Source of the DNA: Shewanella chilikensis
Lineage (GTDB): Bacteria; Pseudomonadota; Gammaproteobacteria; Enterobacterales; Shewanellaceae
Assembly (NCBI RefSeq): GCF_002836945.1
Contig: NZ_NIJM01000032.1
Span: 7,180-39,179 of the forward strand
DNA length: 32,000 nt
Direction of reading: 5' to 3'
The notes beneath the pieces were generated by a model. The model had not been told where the DNA came from. It did not search any database and was given only the letters and a program-made list of their open reading frames with translations. The translations under genes and the position numbers were made by a program. Positions 9,319 through 19,275 of the stretch are shown one piece after another (positions within the stretch are counted from its first letter, which is position 1; each line of letters begins with the position of its first letter).

Positions 9319-10155
9319 TTAAATGGCCTTGGCCAGGCGATCGCGGCTCAACCCCGTCAGTCTGTGACCATGGGTGTAGAGCGTCGCACGACCGTTGCGG
9401 CAAAAGCCCACCAGCGTGATGTTGCTCTTCTCGGCCAACTCCAACGCCAGTGAGGTCACGGCGGACATGGCAAAAAGAATCTGAATATTGGCACTGGCAG
9501 CCTTTTGCACCATCTCGAAACTGGCTCTGCTGGTCAATAAAACCGCGATTGGCCGCTCGGCATGTTTCTGTGAAAAGGCACCAATTAACTTATCCAGTGC
9601 TATATGTCTTCCAATATCTTCATAGGCATCAATAATATGCCCATCATTATTTAAACCCATTGCAGCATGGGTGGCGCCAGTTAATTTAAAATGCTGTTGA
9701 TTGTCCTTAACAAAATTCAAAGCAACCTTTAAATTGTTGATATTAAACTCGGCACCATTATCAACTCGAATAACAGGTTTAACCGCTTCTTCAAGTTGGG
9801 CAACACCGCAAAGTCCACAACCGGTTCTACCGGCCATATTGCGTCTTTGTTGCTTTAATTCCATGAAACATCTTTGGGTTATCTCAATCTGAACCAGCAC
9901 ACCTTCTTCGGTATATTCCAGCTCAACACCCTTGATTTCATTTATGTTTCTAACTATGCGCTCCGACAGAGTAAAGCCGATAGCAAAGGCTTCAAGATCC
10001 TGCGGACTGGCCAACATTACTGTATGGGAAATGCCGTTATATACCAGGGCGATTCTCACTTCGTTCGCTAAATAGTCAGTTAATTCCGAAGCCTGCCCTT
10101 GTTCCATAAGGGTGACTTGTTTCTCGGTGACAACGTCATGCGAATAATAATCCAT
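9319..10155 (-). CDS. fdhD: Formate dehydrogenase accessory sulfurtransferase FdhD
   Basis: 278 aa with the conserved GRTGCGLCG cysteine loop and FdhD-like overall length and pattern. Confidence 0.9.
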   Translation of the reverse strand: MDYYSHDVVTEKQVTLMEQGQASELTDYLANEVRIALVYNGISHTVMLASPQDLEAFAIGFTLSERIVRNINEIKGVELEYTEEGVLVQIEITQRCFMELKQQRRNMAGRTGCGLCGVAQLEEAVKPVIRVDNGAEFNINNLKVALNFVKDNQQHFKLTGATHAAMGLNNDGHIIDAYEDIGRHIALDKLIGAFSQKHAERPIAVLLTSRASFEMVQKAASANIQILFAMSAVTSLALELAEKSNITLVGFCRNGRATLYTHGHRLTGLSRDRLAKAI

Positions 10156-10251
10156 AAGTACCCTCTGAACCTATCTAAATAATAAAAATTTACAGACTTT
10201 AAAATAAAATAAGAGCTATATCACAAACTCATAAAGTAAATAAAAACAGGG

Positions 10252-10280
10252 TTGCTTCAACTGAATTCATTTTCTATTAT
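10252..10280 (+). promoter_or_regulatory. Candidate sigma-70 promoter for selC
   Basis: TTGCTT (10252-10257), a 17-nt spacer, then TATTAT (10275-10280). The -10 element ends 16 nt before the mature tRNA 5' end. Confidence 0.45.
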
Positions 10281-12296
10281 CTCCCTGTCTTTCGATGGAA
10301 GAACGTCGTCTCCGGTGAGGCGTCCGGACTTCAAATCCGGGTGGGGCTGCCAGCAGTCCCGGGTAGGTTCGACTCCTATGTTCTTCCGCCAATCTTCATG
10401 GGACCAGAAAAGTTCAGCGTCCCGGATCTCCCGACTGTTACTGCGATATTTCCTGCGGGTAAAACCGCTGCGATCGAAAAACTCCAACAGTTGGATACTC
10501 ACTTTGCGACCAAGACCTATCATCGCCTTGAACTCAGCGGTTTCCAGTTGCCCCTTTTGCGCTAAATGACCGCGAATAAGATCGGCGTAGTGACACAGCT
10601 TACTGCTGAGCAGGTATCTGTCTTTCACCACGGCGGTAATAAACCCTTGCTGCACCAACTGGAAACACAGCGGCCGCAGCTCACCCGGCTCCAGCTCAAG
10701 ATATTCGGCCATCTCAGTCACCCACACAGGAGTATCCTGCTGTTCCAGCCAGGGGGATAAACGCTGCCAACAGGCTTCGGCTTGAGGGTCCAAGGTCATT
10801 CTGTGCTGCGGTAACTGCAACAAGGCTCCGCGCAGCACCATGCGGCGATCGCGACAGAGGCGCTCCAGGATCAAACTGGCCAGTGGCAAGGGGAACTTGC
10901 TGTGACTCATACGCAACAGGCGATTGCGCCCCAGCCCCAATTGATCCGGGTGCTGCTGATGGTATTGCTCCAGCAGTGACAAATAGAGCTGTTGCTCGGC
11001 TTCCAGCAGTTCAGGTGCCAACAGGAAACTGCCGTGGCGGCTGAGTCCGGCCTCCTGAATGAGTCGAGTCAAACCGGCTTCAGTCAGTTGCCAGCGCCAG
11101 GCCAAGTCAGCCACAGCCAAGGCCTGCTGTTTACCTAGGTAAGCCAGTGCAGTGGCCGGTGTTTCGGCATCGGCGAGACAGCCAATAAGAGCGAGCCGCT
11201 CGTCGGTGCGTTTCTTGCGATTGGGAACTGTCAGCGCCAGCACTCTACCGGCGCCCAGGGTGTGCTTGCCACTGGCGTGACGCAGCACTATAGGGTCGTC
11301 CTGACATAACAACAGCGGCTTATCCAGCACCAGCTCAGCCAGGCAGTAGCCGCGCTCATCGGCCTCGGTTAACTGGGATATGCGTCCCAGAGTATGATCG
11401 GCGCCGTGGTGGCAATGTACGCTCTGCCAGTGAGTCACAGGTTCAAAGGCGCGGATCTGCACCACAGGGCGACCACAGGCGTCCGGCTGGGGCAAACTAC
11501 TGAGCCAATCGCCGCGTTGCGGCGCCCTGTGGTTATCAACACCACTGAGATTGAGGGCGACCCGGGTGCCCGGCAACGCCGTCTGCGACTCCTGTCCCTG
11601 GCAGTGAATGCCGCGGATCCTCAGCTTGTCTTTCTGACCCGAGCTATAAAGGTTATCACCAACATTGGCACTGCCACTGATCACTGTGCCCGTGACCACC
11701 CAACCGGCGCCTTTGACACTGAAGGCGCGATCCAGGGTCAGGCGAAAGGCCTGCTGCGCGTCTGCGGCAACGCAAGCCTTCTCATGCTGCAGCTCGCTCG
11801 CTGCCAGCGCCAGAATATGGTCCCTCAGCGATTCAATCCCCTGGCCATTGCTGGCCGAAACGCTAAACACACCGGAGGCCTTGAGGGCAAACTCACAGAG
11901 CAGAGCCTCACTCTCTGCAACCACTTCATCGATGCGGGCCCGCTCCACCAGGTCACTCTTGGTAAGCACCAGTGTCAGGCTCTCAAGCGGCAACATGGCT
12001 AAAATCTGCAGGTGTTCGCGGGTCTGCGGCATCACGCCGTCATCACAGGCCAGCACCAAGAGCGCGTGTCTGGCATGACTGACGCCCACCAGCATGTTGT
12101 TGATAAACTTTTCATGACCCGGCACATCGATAAAGGCCAGCCGTTGTTCGTCGGCAAACGACATAAAGGCATAACCCAGATCTATGGTCATGCCGCGGCG
12201 TTTCTCTTCCGGCAATCTGTCGGTATTTTGCCCTGTCAAGGCCCGAATAAGACTGGTCTTGCCATGGTCTACATGGCCAGCGGTTACCAAGATCAC
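10257..12296 (-). CDS. selB: Selenocysteine-specific translation elongation factor SelB, with an unusual ~44-aa C-terminal extension
   Basis: GTG start overlapping the selA stop (GTGA). GTPase motifs [17 protein letters not shown] and TKSD are present, as are C-terminal winged-helix domains (...[13 protein letters not shown]...). The frame stays open antisense across selC to a TGA at 10257-10259. Confidence 0.9.
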   Translation of the reverse strand: MILVTAGHVDHGKTSLIRALTGQNTDRLPEEKRRGMTIDLGYAFMSFADEQRLAFIDVPGHEKFINNMLVGVSHARHALLVLACDDGVMPQTREHLQILAMLPLESLTLVLTKSDLVERARIDEVVAESEALLCEFALKASGVFSVSASNGQGIESLRDHILALAASELQHEKACVAADAQQAFRLTLDRAFSVKGAGWVVTGTVISGSANVGDNLYSSGQKDKLRIRGIHCQGQESQTALPGTRVALNLSGVDNHRAPQRGDWLSSLPQPDACGRPVVQIRAFEPVTHWQSVHCHHGADHTLGRISQLTEADERGYCLAELVLDKPLLLCQDDPIVLRHASGKHTLGAGRVLALTVPNRKKRTDERLALIGCLADAETPATALAYLGKQQALAVADLAWRWQLTEAGLTRLIQEAGLSRHGSFLLAPELLEAEQQLYLSLLEQYHQQHPDQLGLGRNRLLRMSHSKFPLPLASLILERLCRDRRMVLRGALLQLPQHRMTLDPQAEACWQRLSPWLEQQDTPVWVTEMAEYLELEPGELRPLCFQLVQQGFITAVVKDRYLLSSKLCHYADLIRGHLAQKGQLETAEFKAMIGLGRKVSIQLLEFFDRSGFTRRKYRSNSREIRDAELFWSHEDWRKNIGVEPTRDCWQPHPDLKSGRLTGDDVLPSKDREIIENEFS
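10297..10391 (+). tRNA. selC: tRNA-Sec (selenocysteine tRNA, anticodon UCA)
   Basis: The 95-nt sequence GGAAGAACGTCGTCTCCGGTGAGGCGTCCGGACTTCAAATCCGG...GGTTCGACTCCTATGTTCTTCCGCCA is near-identical in layout to E. coli selC. It has an 8-bp acceptor stem (GGAAGAAC/GTTCTTCC), a CU-UCA-AA anticodon loop, a long variable arm and an encoded CCA. Confidence 0.93.
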
Positions 12297-13726
12297 AGCG
12301 ACACTCCCAAGGTGCTCAGCTCGGCCAGCAGCTCGGCTTCATCGTCGACCCCGCGCAGATCCAGCAGCAGTTGCTCATTGCTGATCCGGCCGATCACCGG
12401 CCGTTCGGCCTGCTTGAAATGTTGCTCAAGCTCAATCAGGCTAGCCCCCGGATTGGCACTGAACGCCAGTGCCACCGAAGGCAGGAAGGTATCCGGCTGT
12501 GAGCCGCTGCCCACCTGGGTGCGGCACTCCACCAGCTGCAGTTGATAACCGGGGGCAAACAGGGGCTGCAACGCCTGGTGCAAACGGCTGCCAAGCAGCT
12601 TGAGTTGCTGCTGACTGCGGCCGAACTTGACCATCATAGGCAGTTCAGTATCCAGGGTTTCCGGGTTGAGATAGTGGATCAGTGTGGCTTCCAGCGCCGC
12701 CAGAATCAGCTTATCGCAGCGCAGCGCCCGCTTGAGCGGATGGCTTTGCAACTTATTGATAAGCGACTGTTTGCCGACTATTAATCCCGACTGAGGGCCA
12801 CCGAGCAGCTTGTCGCCGGAGAAGCTCACCAAATCGACGCCATCGGCCAGCATCGCCTGCGGAGTAGGTTCCTGCTTGAGCCCGAAGCGGCGCAAGTCGG
12901 TGAGCGAGCCGCTGCCGAGATCCGAGATCAGCGAAATATCATGCTCGCGGCACAATGTCGCCAGCCGTGACTCTTCCACCGAGGCGGTAAAGCCCTGAAT
13001 ATGATAGTTACTGGTGTGCACCTTCATGATGGCGGCGGTGTTGTCGGTTATCGCCTGCTCGTAATCCCTGAGATGGGTTCGGTTGGTGCTGCCCACTTCC
13101 ACTAACGTCACTCCGGCCTGACGCATGATATCGGGGATCCGGAAGGCGCCGCCTATTTCCACCAGCTCACCGCGGGAAACTATCACCTCTTTACCGGCGG
13201 CCACCGCCGACAGCATCAACAGCACGGCGGCGGCATTGTTGTTAACCACACAGCAAGCATCGGCGCCGGTGAGGCGGTGAATAAGCGAGCTGACGGCATT
13301 GTCTCTATGGCCGCGCTTGCCGGCCTGCAGCTCAAATTCCAGTGGGGTCGGGTAACGCATCACAGAAGTAACGGCCTCGATGGCCGCCTCGGACTGCTGC
13401 GCCCGTCCCAGGTTGGTGTGCAGCAGGGTGCCGGTGAGGTTCCATACCGGCCTTAAACTGTGGCGATAATCGCTGGACAGCTGATCAACCAAAATGCCAT
13501 ACAAGGCTTGGTGTGAGTGACACCAGTCGGGCAGGCGTTGCTCACGGCCTATCCCGGCTCTTGCCAGCCGAAGTTGTCCATCCAGCGCCTGTTTGACGGC
13601 GGCCTTGCCAAAGCGGCTCAGCAGCGGAGCCAGTGCTGGCTCGGCCAGCAGGCTATCCATGGAAGGCAAAGCCCGATAGAGGTCTTTGAGGGTATCGGCA
13701 GTTTGGGTCATCATCTGTTTCATCAT
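12293..13726 (-). CDS. selA: L-seryl-tRNA(Sec) selenium transferase SelA
   Basis: 477 aa with the PLP-lysine motif [11 protein letters not shown] and a SelA-like N-terminal domain. Confidence 0.92.
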   Translation of the reverse strand: MMKQMMTQTADTLKDLYRALPSMDSLLAEPALAPLLSRFGKAAVKQALDGQLRLARAGIGREQRLPDWCHSHQALYGILVDQLSSDYRHSLRPVWNLTGTLLHTNLGRAQQSEAAIEAVTSVMRYPTPLEFELQAGKRGHRDNAVSSLIHRLTGADACCVVNNNAAAVLLMLSAVAAGKEVIVSRGELVEIGGAFRIPDIMRQAGVTLVEVGSTNRTHLRDYEQAITDNTAAIMKVHTSNYHIQGFTASVEESRLATLCREHDISLISDLGSGSLTDLRRFGLKQEPTPQAMLADGVDLVSFSGDKLLGGPQSGLIVGKQSLINKLQSHPLKRALRCDKLILAALEATLIHYLNPETLDTELPMMVKFGRSQQQLKLLGSRLHQALQPLFAPGYQLQLVECRTQVGSGSQPDTFLPSVALAFSANPGASLIELEQHFKQAERPVIGRISNEQLLLDLRGVDDEAELLAELSTLGVSL

Positions 13727-13732
13727 TGACTG

Positions 13733-13758
13733 AATAAAGGGAGGGCCTAAGCCCTCCC
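13733..13758 (-). terminator. GC-rich hairpin plus T-tract between fdhE and selA (partial terminator or translation-modulating structure)
   Basis: Minus strand: GGGAGGGC TTAG GCCCTCCC (8-bp stem) followed by TTTATT. It ends about 6 nt before the selA ATG. Confidence 0.5.
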
Positions 13759-13781
13759 GGCTTTCGTTACTAACGAGCTAG

Positions 13782-14696
13782 TTACTCGCTGTCTTCCGTC
13801 TCGTGAGCCAGCAACAAGGGATTGACTGTGGTGGCACCATAGCCTTTCTCATTGAGCTGACTGTCGAGCATCAGGGTTGCCAAATCGTCGGCGGCCACAT
13901 CCATTAGCGGTGACTTTTCGAGGAACATCATCTTGGTATAACCATGACAAGCCTCGCAGCTTTCGATGCGAACTTCGGCCTGATAGTCGTCCAAAGACCA
14001 GAGGGTCATTTCCTTGTCATGCCCGCAGCAAGTGCAATGGGCACGTATGAAGTGCCACTCGCTCTCACACAGGCTGCAATGCAGATAACGCAAACCGGCT
14101 CTGGGTTCATCGACTATCACGCTGGCAACCGGATGACTGCCACAAACCGGACACAGGCTCTGCTGTTTGACCTGGCGCTGATCCATGCGCTGAATGACTG
14201 CCGGCGCCCAGTGAGACCAATAAAGCCCCATGGCAGCCCACAGAAACAGACTGAACCTGGCGGGCACTGCACTCAGGTTGCCCTGACGCAGCGCCTGCCC
14301 CCAGGCACTCAATTGCTCGGGCGCCTGTTGCATCAAAAGACGCAGCACCCGGGCGACCGACTCATCCACCTGAGGCAGGAGTTCACTGAGCAGTTGCTGC
14401 AGCAAACTCTGCCAATAGCTGTCGGCACTGGGGCCCAAGTCTGCGAGGGGCAATCCCTCGGACTTGTCCCAGGCGGGAGGAAGGCCGAAGTCTTCCTCCG
14501 CCGCCAGTTTGGCCTGTACGGCGACCAAACGGCGACACAGCTCCAGGTAATCAGCCAGCGGCGAGTCCTTGGCCAACACTTCCAGACGCTTGGCTCTGCG
14601 CAGATAAACGCTGACAGGATCGGCGGCTTTCAGTGGTTTGAGCTCCAGCGGCGACTCGCTGCCGGGGGCCAGGGGTATCTCGGCTGTTTGACTCAT
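13782..14696 (-). CDS. fdhE: Formate dehydrogenase accessory protein FdhE
   Basis: 304 aa with four CxxC pairs (CPVCGS, CSLCES, CTCCGH, CEACHG), as in FdhE. Confidence 0.9.
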   Translation of the reverse strand: MSQTAEIPLAPGSESPLELKPLKAADPVSVYLRRAKRLEVLAKDSPLADYLELCRRLVAVQAKLAAEEDFGLPPAWDKSEGLPLADLGPSADSYWQSLLQQLLSELLPQVDESVARVLRLLMQQAPEQLSAWGQALRQGNLSAVPARFSLFLWAAMGLYWSHWAPAVIQRMDQRQVKQQSLCPVCGSHPVASVIVDEPRAGLRYLHCSLCESEWHFIRAHCTCCGHDKEMTLWSLDDYQAEVRIESCEACHGYTKMMFLEKSPLMDVAADDLATLMLDSQLNEKGYGATTVNPLLLAHETEDSE

Positions 14697-15338
14697 TTAG
14701 TGTTTCTCCGCTTCCGAATCTTCTTCCAGCATTCTGGGGTGGTGCTTACGGCACCAGGCCTTGGAGACCTTGCCGTAGAGCATGCCCGCAACCGAACCTT
14801 CTACCCAGGTCGCCATCCAGAAGTGCACCATCACGAAAATCAGCATGATGAGGGCACAGATGGCATGCACCAAAATCGCCCAGCCAATGGTTGTGGCTGA
14901 GAAATAAGGTGCAAAATAGGGCTGCCACATGATGAAGCCTGTCACCGTCAGTCCGATGGAGGTCACCACGAAAGCACGGAACAGCACCTTTTGCCCAGGG
15001 TTGTAATGGCCGATAGGCGGGATCTTGTCCTCGTTCTCAAACATCACATCCTTGATGGACAGCATCCATTTCAGGTCGTTCTTCTCCCACTTGTTGTGAT
15101 GGTAATAACGCACCAACATCAACATCAGCGGCAGACACATAAACAACCCGGCAATGGGGTGAACGAAGCGCGCCAATTGAGGCGTGCCCGCAATAGCCCC
15201 CATCCACTGGAAGGAAGGATAAAAGAACGAAAACCCGGTCAGAAAGGTGACCAAACCTGCCGCCACAATGAACCAGTGGCAGATGCGGTCAAACAGCTTA
15301 TGACGCACTATCATCTCTTGCTTGTGATGCTTGCTCAT
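14697..15338 (-). CDS. fdnI: Formate dehydrogenase gamma subunit (cytochrome b556)
   Basis: 213 aa with four TM helices and conserved heme-ligand His residues. Its ATG overlaps the fdnH stop (ATGA). Confidence 0.88.
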   Translation of the reverse strand: MSKHHKQEMIVRHKLFDRICHWFIVAAGLVTFLTGFSFFYPSFQWMGAIAGTPQLARFVHPIAGLFMCLPLMLMLVRYYHHNKWEKNDLKWMLSIKDVMFENEDKIPPIGHYNPGQKVLFRAFVVTSIGLTVTGFIMWQPYFAPYFSATTIGWAILVHAICALIMLIFVMVHFWMATWVEGSVAGMLYGKVSKAWCRKHHPRMLEEDSEAEKH

Positions 15339-16258
15339 TTGCCGTCCTCCTCTTTCTGAGCCGCTTGCTGATCTTCCTCAGGCGGCTGATAACCGGGTTG
15401 ATCCTCTTCGACTATGTTGCGGCCAACGGTGATCTTGTGCAGACAAGCCACGGCGGCGGTTGCCAGGATCCCCACAGTACCCAAAGGCTTGACCCAGTCC
15501 TGCCACAGAGTGACAGACAGTGGGATCTGCGGATCTTCCGGCATGTTGTAGCTTTCAGGCTGAGTGACATCGTGCAATATCATCATCATCGCTGTGCCAC
15601 CCACACCTTCCGGGTTGTACAACCCGGCCTTGGCAAAGCCACGCTCCTTGAGCTCGGCCACCCGCTTGTCGGCATAGAACAACATGTCTTCACGAGTACC
15701 GAAGCGCAGTGCGCCTGTGGTACAGGTCTTGACGCAAGAAGGCTCCAGCCCGACCGCCAGGCGGTCGGAACACATGGTGCACTTGTAGGCCTTGTTGTCC
15801 TTGGGGTCGATTTTAGGGATATCGAACGGACAGGCACTGGCGCAGTAACCGCAACCAACACACTTGTCTGAATCGAAATCCACTACCCCGTTGGCGTGCT
15901 GGATAATGGCGCCTGCGGTCGAACACGCCTTGAGACAGGCGGGATCGGCGCAGTGCATACAAGCTGAGTGAGTGAACTGCCAGCGCAACTTGTTGCGCTC
16001 GTCCATCACCTCGTTGTACTCCATCAAGGTCCAGACCTGGCCGGAGAGTTTCATCGGGTTTTGATAACTTCCCTCGAAACTGCCCACTTCTTCACGCAGA
16101 TCGTTCCATTCGGAACACGCCACCTGACAGGCCTTACAACCGTTACACTTGGTCGCATCAAACAGTTTTGCAACCTGCTTGATATCACCAATCCGAGTTT
16201 GCGATGCCGGCGTTGCCGCTGAGGTGCCTGAGCGTCGAATAATATCTTGTGTTGCCAT
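15335..16258 (-). CDS. fdnH: Formate dehydrogenase beta subunit (4x[4Fe-4S] ferredoxin-type, C-terminal TM anchor)
   Basis: Cys clusters CNGCKACQVAC, CMHCADPACLKAC, CVGCGYCASACP and CTMCSDR, plus a C-terminal hydrophobic helix. Confidence 0.92.
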   Translation of the reverse strand: MATQDIIRRSGTSAATPASQTRIGDIKQVAKLFDATKCNGCKACQVACSEWNDLREEVGSFEGSYQNPMKLSGQVWTLMEYNEVMDERNKLRWQFTHSACMHCADPACLKACSTAGAIIQHANGVVDFDSDKCVGCGYCASACPFDIPKIDPKDNKAYKCTMCSDRLAVGLEPSCVKTCTTGALRFGTREDMLFYADKRVAELKERGFAKAGLYNPEGVGGTAMMMILHDVTQPESYNMPEDPQIPLSVTLWQDWVKPLGTVGILATAAVACLHKITVGRNIVEEDQPGYQPPEEDQQAAQKEEDGK

Positions 16259-16260
16259 TA

Positions 16261-19200
16261 TCAGACCTCCGCCTTCTCAACGTTCACCAGGAACGCTTTG
16301 TACTCAGGAACACCCGTGTTGGCATCACCCATCTCTGTGGTCAGCACGTTACAGGTATATGCCTTCTTGGTGAGGGCGTTATGACTACCGTGACGTGGAA
16401 TACCCAGGGTGTGTACCGTTTGACCATTGACTTGCAGTGGCTGCAAACGCTTGGTCACCAGAGCCTTGGTAAAGATGTGGCCACGCTTGGAGCTCACCTT
16501 CACCAAATCACCATTCTTGATGCCTTTTTCTGCTGCCAACTGCTCGTTCATTTCCACAAAGGTCTCTGGCATGGAGATCGCCGCCAAACGGCAGTGAGTC
16601 GTCCAGAAGTTAAAGTGTTCAGTGAGCGAGTATGTGGTACAGGCGTAAGGGAACTCCTCTTTGGTGCCTATGGTTTCTTTCACACCCTCAAACCAACGCA
16701 GCACTGGGCTGTGCACCACTTTAGGATGCAATGGGTTGGTCCCGATTGGTGATTCCACCGGCTCATAGTGCTCAGGGAACGGCCCTTCTTTCAGCAGCTT
16801 CAGGGCGAACAAACGGCCCACGCCTTCTGCCTGCATGATAAATGGGTGCGCGCTGTCCTGTGGATTGAGCTTGGCGTTGAAGTCAGGCACGTCTATGCCT
16901 TCCCACTTGCCATCTTTCCACTCGACTATGGTGCGGTTTGGATCCCAAGGCTTACCGTTGACATCACAAGAGGCGCGGTTGTAGAGCACTCGGCGGTTGG
17001 CAGGCCAAGCAAATGCCCATCCAGGGGTAATCCCCTTGCCGGATGGATCATGGTTGTCGCGGCGTGCCATCTGGTTGCCTTGCTCGGTCCAGGAACCGGC
17101 ATAGATCCAACAGGCACAGGCGGTGCTGCCATCGTCCTTGAGTTCACTAAAGCTGCTCAGTTGACGGCCGGTGTTAACATCGTATCCGTTCAACTCTTTG
17201 GTCAGCTCCACCGAGCTTGGGTTATGCGGATCGGCATAGTCCCACTTGACCGCTTCCACAGGCTCAGGCAGTTTGCCGCCCTCTTCGCGATACAGCTTTT
17301 TCATCTCCAGCAAAATACCGGCCACAATCTCAGAGTCGGGCATGGATTCGCCGGGAGCATTGGCACCCTTGTAATGCCACTGCATCCAGCGACCCGAGTT
17401 GACGATGGAACCTTCTTCCTCGGCAAAACAGGTTGTGGGCAGACGGAACACTTCCGTTTGGATACTGGCGGTATCAACTTCGTTGTAATCCGGCTCATTT
17501 TGCCAGAAGGTCGCAGTTTCAGATGCCAAGTTATCAAGTACAATCAAATACTTGAGCTTGCTCAGCGCCTTGAGGTTCTTGTTGCGGTTAGGCATAGAGT
17601 TAATCGCGTTAACCCCCTGCACAATACAACCGTTGATCTGACCGCGATACATCATGTCGAGATAGCGGCCAAAGTCATACATCTGATCCCACTTAGGCAA
17701 CCAGTCATAACCAAAGTCGTTTTCAGCTGTGGCATGCTCGCCCCAGAAGCCCTTCATTTGCGAAATAAAGAACTTGGGATAGTTTTGCCAATAGTTGGTT
17801 TGACCCGGACGCAACGGCTTAGGCGTATAGTGGCCCAGATAAGTCTGCAGATTGACGTCTTTATCATTGGGCAGCTTAAGGTAGCCCGGTAAGCTCTGAC
17901 ACAGCAGACCCATATCGGTCGAGCCCTGAACGTTGGCGTGACCACGCAAGGCGTTAACCCCACCGCCCAACTGGCCAATGTTACCCAACAGCAACTGCAC
18001 CATCGCCATGGTACGAATGTTCTGCGCACCCTTACTATGGTGAGTCCAGCCCAGGGCATACATAAAGGTCGCCGCCCTGTCTTTGGTGTAAGTGCTGCCA
18101 ATCGCCTCACAGACCACTTGGTAGTCGTCTGCCGGTGTCCCTGTGATGTTGCTGACAGTGGCAAAGTCGTAACGTTCTACGTGCTGTTTCAGCAGGTTCC
18201 ACACACAACGAGGGTGCTCAAGGGATTCATCCACCTTGGCATAGCCGTTTTCGTCGAGTTGATAGAACCAGGATTCTTTATCGTAGTCGCCCTTCTCTTC
18301 ATCAAAACCTGAGAACAGACCTTCGTGGAATTCAAAGTCTTCCCGCACCAGATAGCTGGCGTTGGTATAGGCCTTCACATAGTCGAAGTTGATCTGGTTG
18401 GTGGAGATCAGATAGCGGATCACACCCAGCAAGAACGCAATGTCTGTGCCTGAGCGGATAGGAGCATAGTGATCGGCCAAAGCAGCACTACGGTTGAAAC
18501 GAGGGTCAACCACAATCAATTTGGCATTGTTATGTTGCATAGCTTCCGTGACCCAGCCGAAACCGACAGGGTGCGCTTCTGCAGCATTACCGCCCATAAT
18601 GATCACTACATTAGAGTTCTTGATGTCGATCCAGTGGTTGGTCATGGCACCGCGCCCAAATGTTGGAGCAAGACTTGCTACCGTTGGGGAGTGTCAGTTA
18701 CGTGCAATGGTATCGATGGCGACTAAGCCAAGAGAACGAGCAAACTTTTGAGTCGCAAAACCACTCTCGTTCGCCATACCGGATGAGGTCATCATCCCTG
18801 TAGTCAACCAACGGTTGACTGTTACGCCATCGGCGTTTTTCTCAATCAGGTTGGCATCACGATCGTCTTTCATCAAACGGGCAATACGCTTGTAAGCTTC
18901 GCCCCAACTGATGCGCTTCCATTCATTGCTACCCGGAGCGCGATACTCTGGGTACTGCAGACGGTGCGGACTGTTGACATAGTCCACCAGGCCTGCGCCT
19001 TTAGGGCAGAGCGCCCCACGGTTTACCGGATGATCGGCATCACCTTCAATATGAAAAATGGCATGTTCAGAGTTTTTGCCACCGCTGCCTTGGCTATACA
19101 TAAGCAAGCCACAACCCACCGAGCAATACGGGCAGTTGTTGCGGGTCTCTTTAGCTCTGAGTAGTTTGAATTCCCGAACTGCGGCATAAGCCTTCTCGGA

Positions 19201-19275
19201 CAACAACCCCAGCGCAGATATGGCTGAAGTTGCCGCCCCGGCAGCGCACAGTTTGAAAAACTGACGTCTGTTCAT
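16261..19275 (-). CDS. fdnG: Formate dehydrogenase alpha subunit, selenocysteine-containing, Tat-exported molybdopterin enzyme
   Basis: The two track ORFs (18694-19275 and 16261-18645) are one gene. I translated by hand across the TGA at 18694-18696 and got ...DTIARN-U-HSPTVASLAPTFGRGAMTNHW..., in frame and matching the conserved Sec context of FdnG/FdoG. There is a twin-arginine signal MNRRQFFK and an N-terminal Fe-S motif CPYCSVGCG. Confidence 0.92.
18665..18682 (-). promoter_or_regulatory. SECIS-like mRNA hairpin downstream of the fdnG UGA
   Basis: The mRNA reads GG-U-AGCAA-GUC-UUGCU-CC, starting 11 nt after the UGA. It forms a stem with a bulged U and a G/U-containing apical loop. The layout matches the E. 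coli fdhF minimal SECIS (GG-U-UGCA-GGUC-UGCA-CC). Confidence 0.7.

Noticed and set aside
10297-10391. selC as an integration hotspot for a genomic island. Pathogenicity islands often insert at the 3' end of selC in enterobacteria.
   Set aside because: There is no integrase, no direct repeat of the tRNA 3' end and no foreign gene block next to it. The tRNA abuts, and in fact overlaps, selB.
16768-17892. Long plus-strand ORF (374 aa) antisense to fdnG. There are similar long antisense ORFs at 13944-14900 (antisense fdhE/fdnI), 24427-25419 (antisense uvrA), 8184-8729 (antisense yedE), 11394-12002 (antisense selB) and 25-711 (antisense dsbD).
   Set aside because: Each lies entirely inside a confidently identified gene on the other strand. 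Their products are low-complexity (Arg/Gly/His/Gln-rich) with no motifs. Open antisense frames of this kind are expected from codon bias in GC-leaning genes.
18646-18696. An apparent break in the formate dehydrogenase alpha subunit, suggesting a pseudogene or two separate genes.
   Set aside because: The break is a single in-frame TGA at the conserved selenocysteine position and is followed by a SECIS-like hairpin. selA, selB and selC are adjacent.
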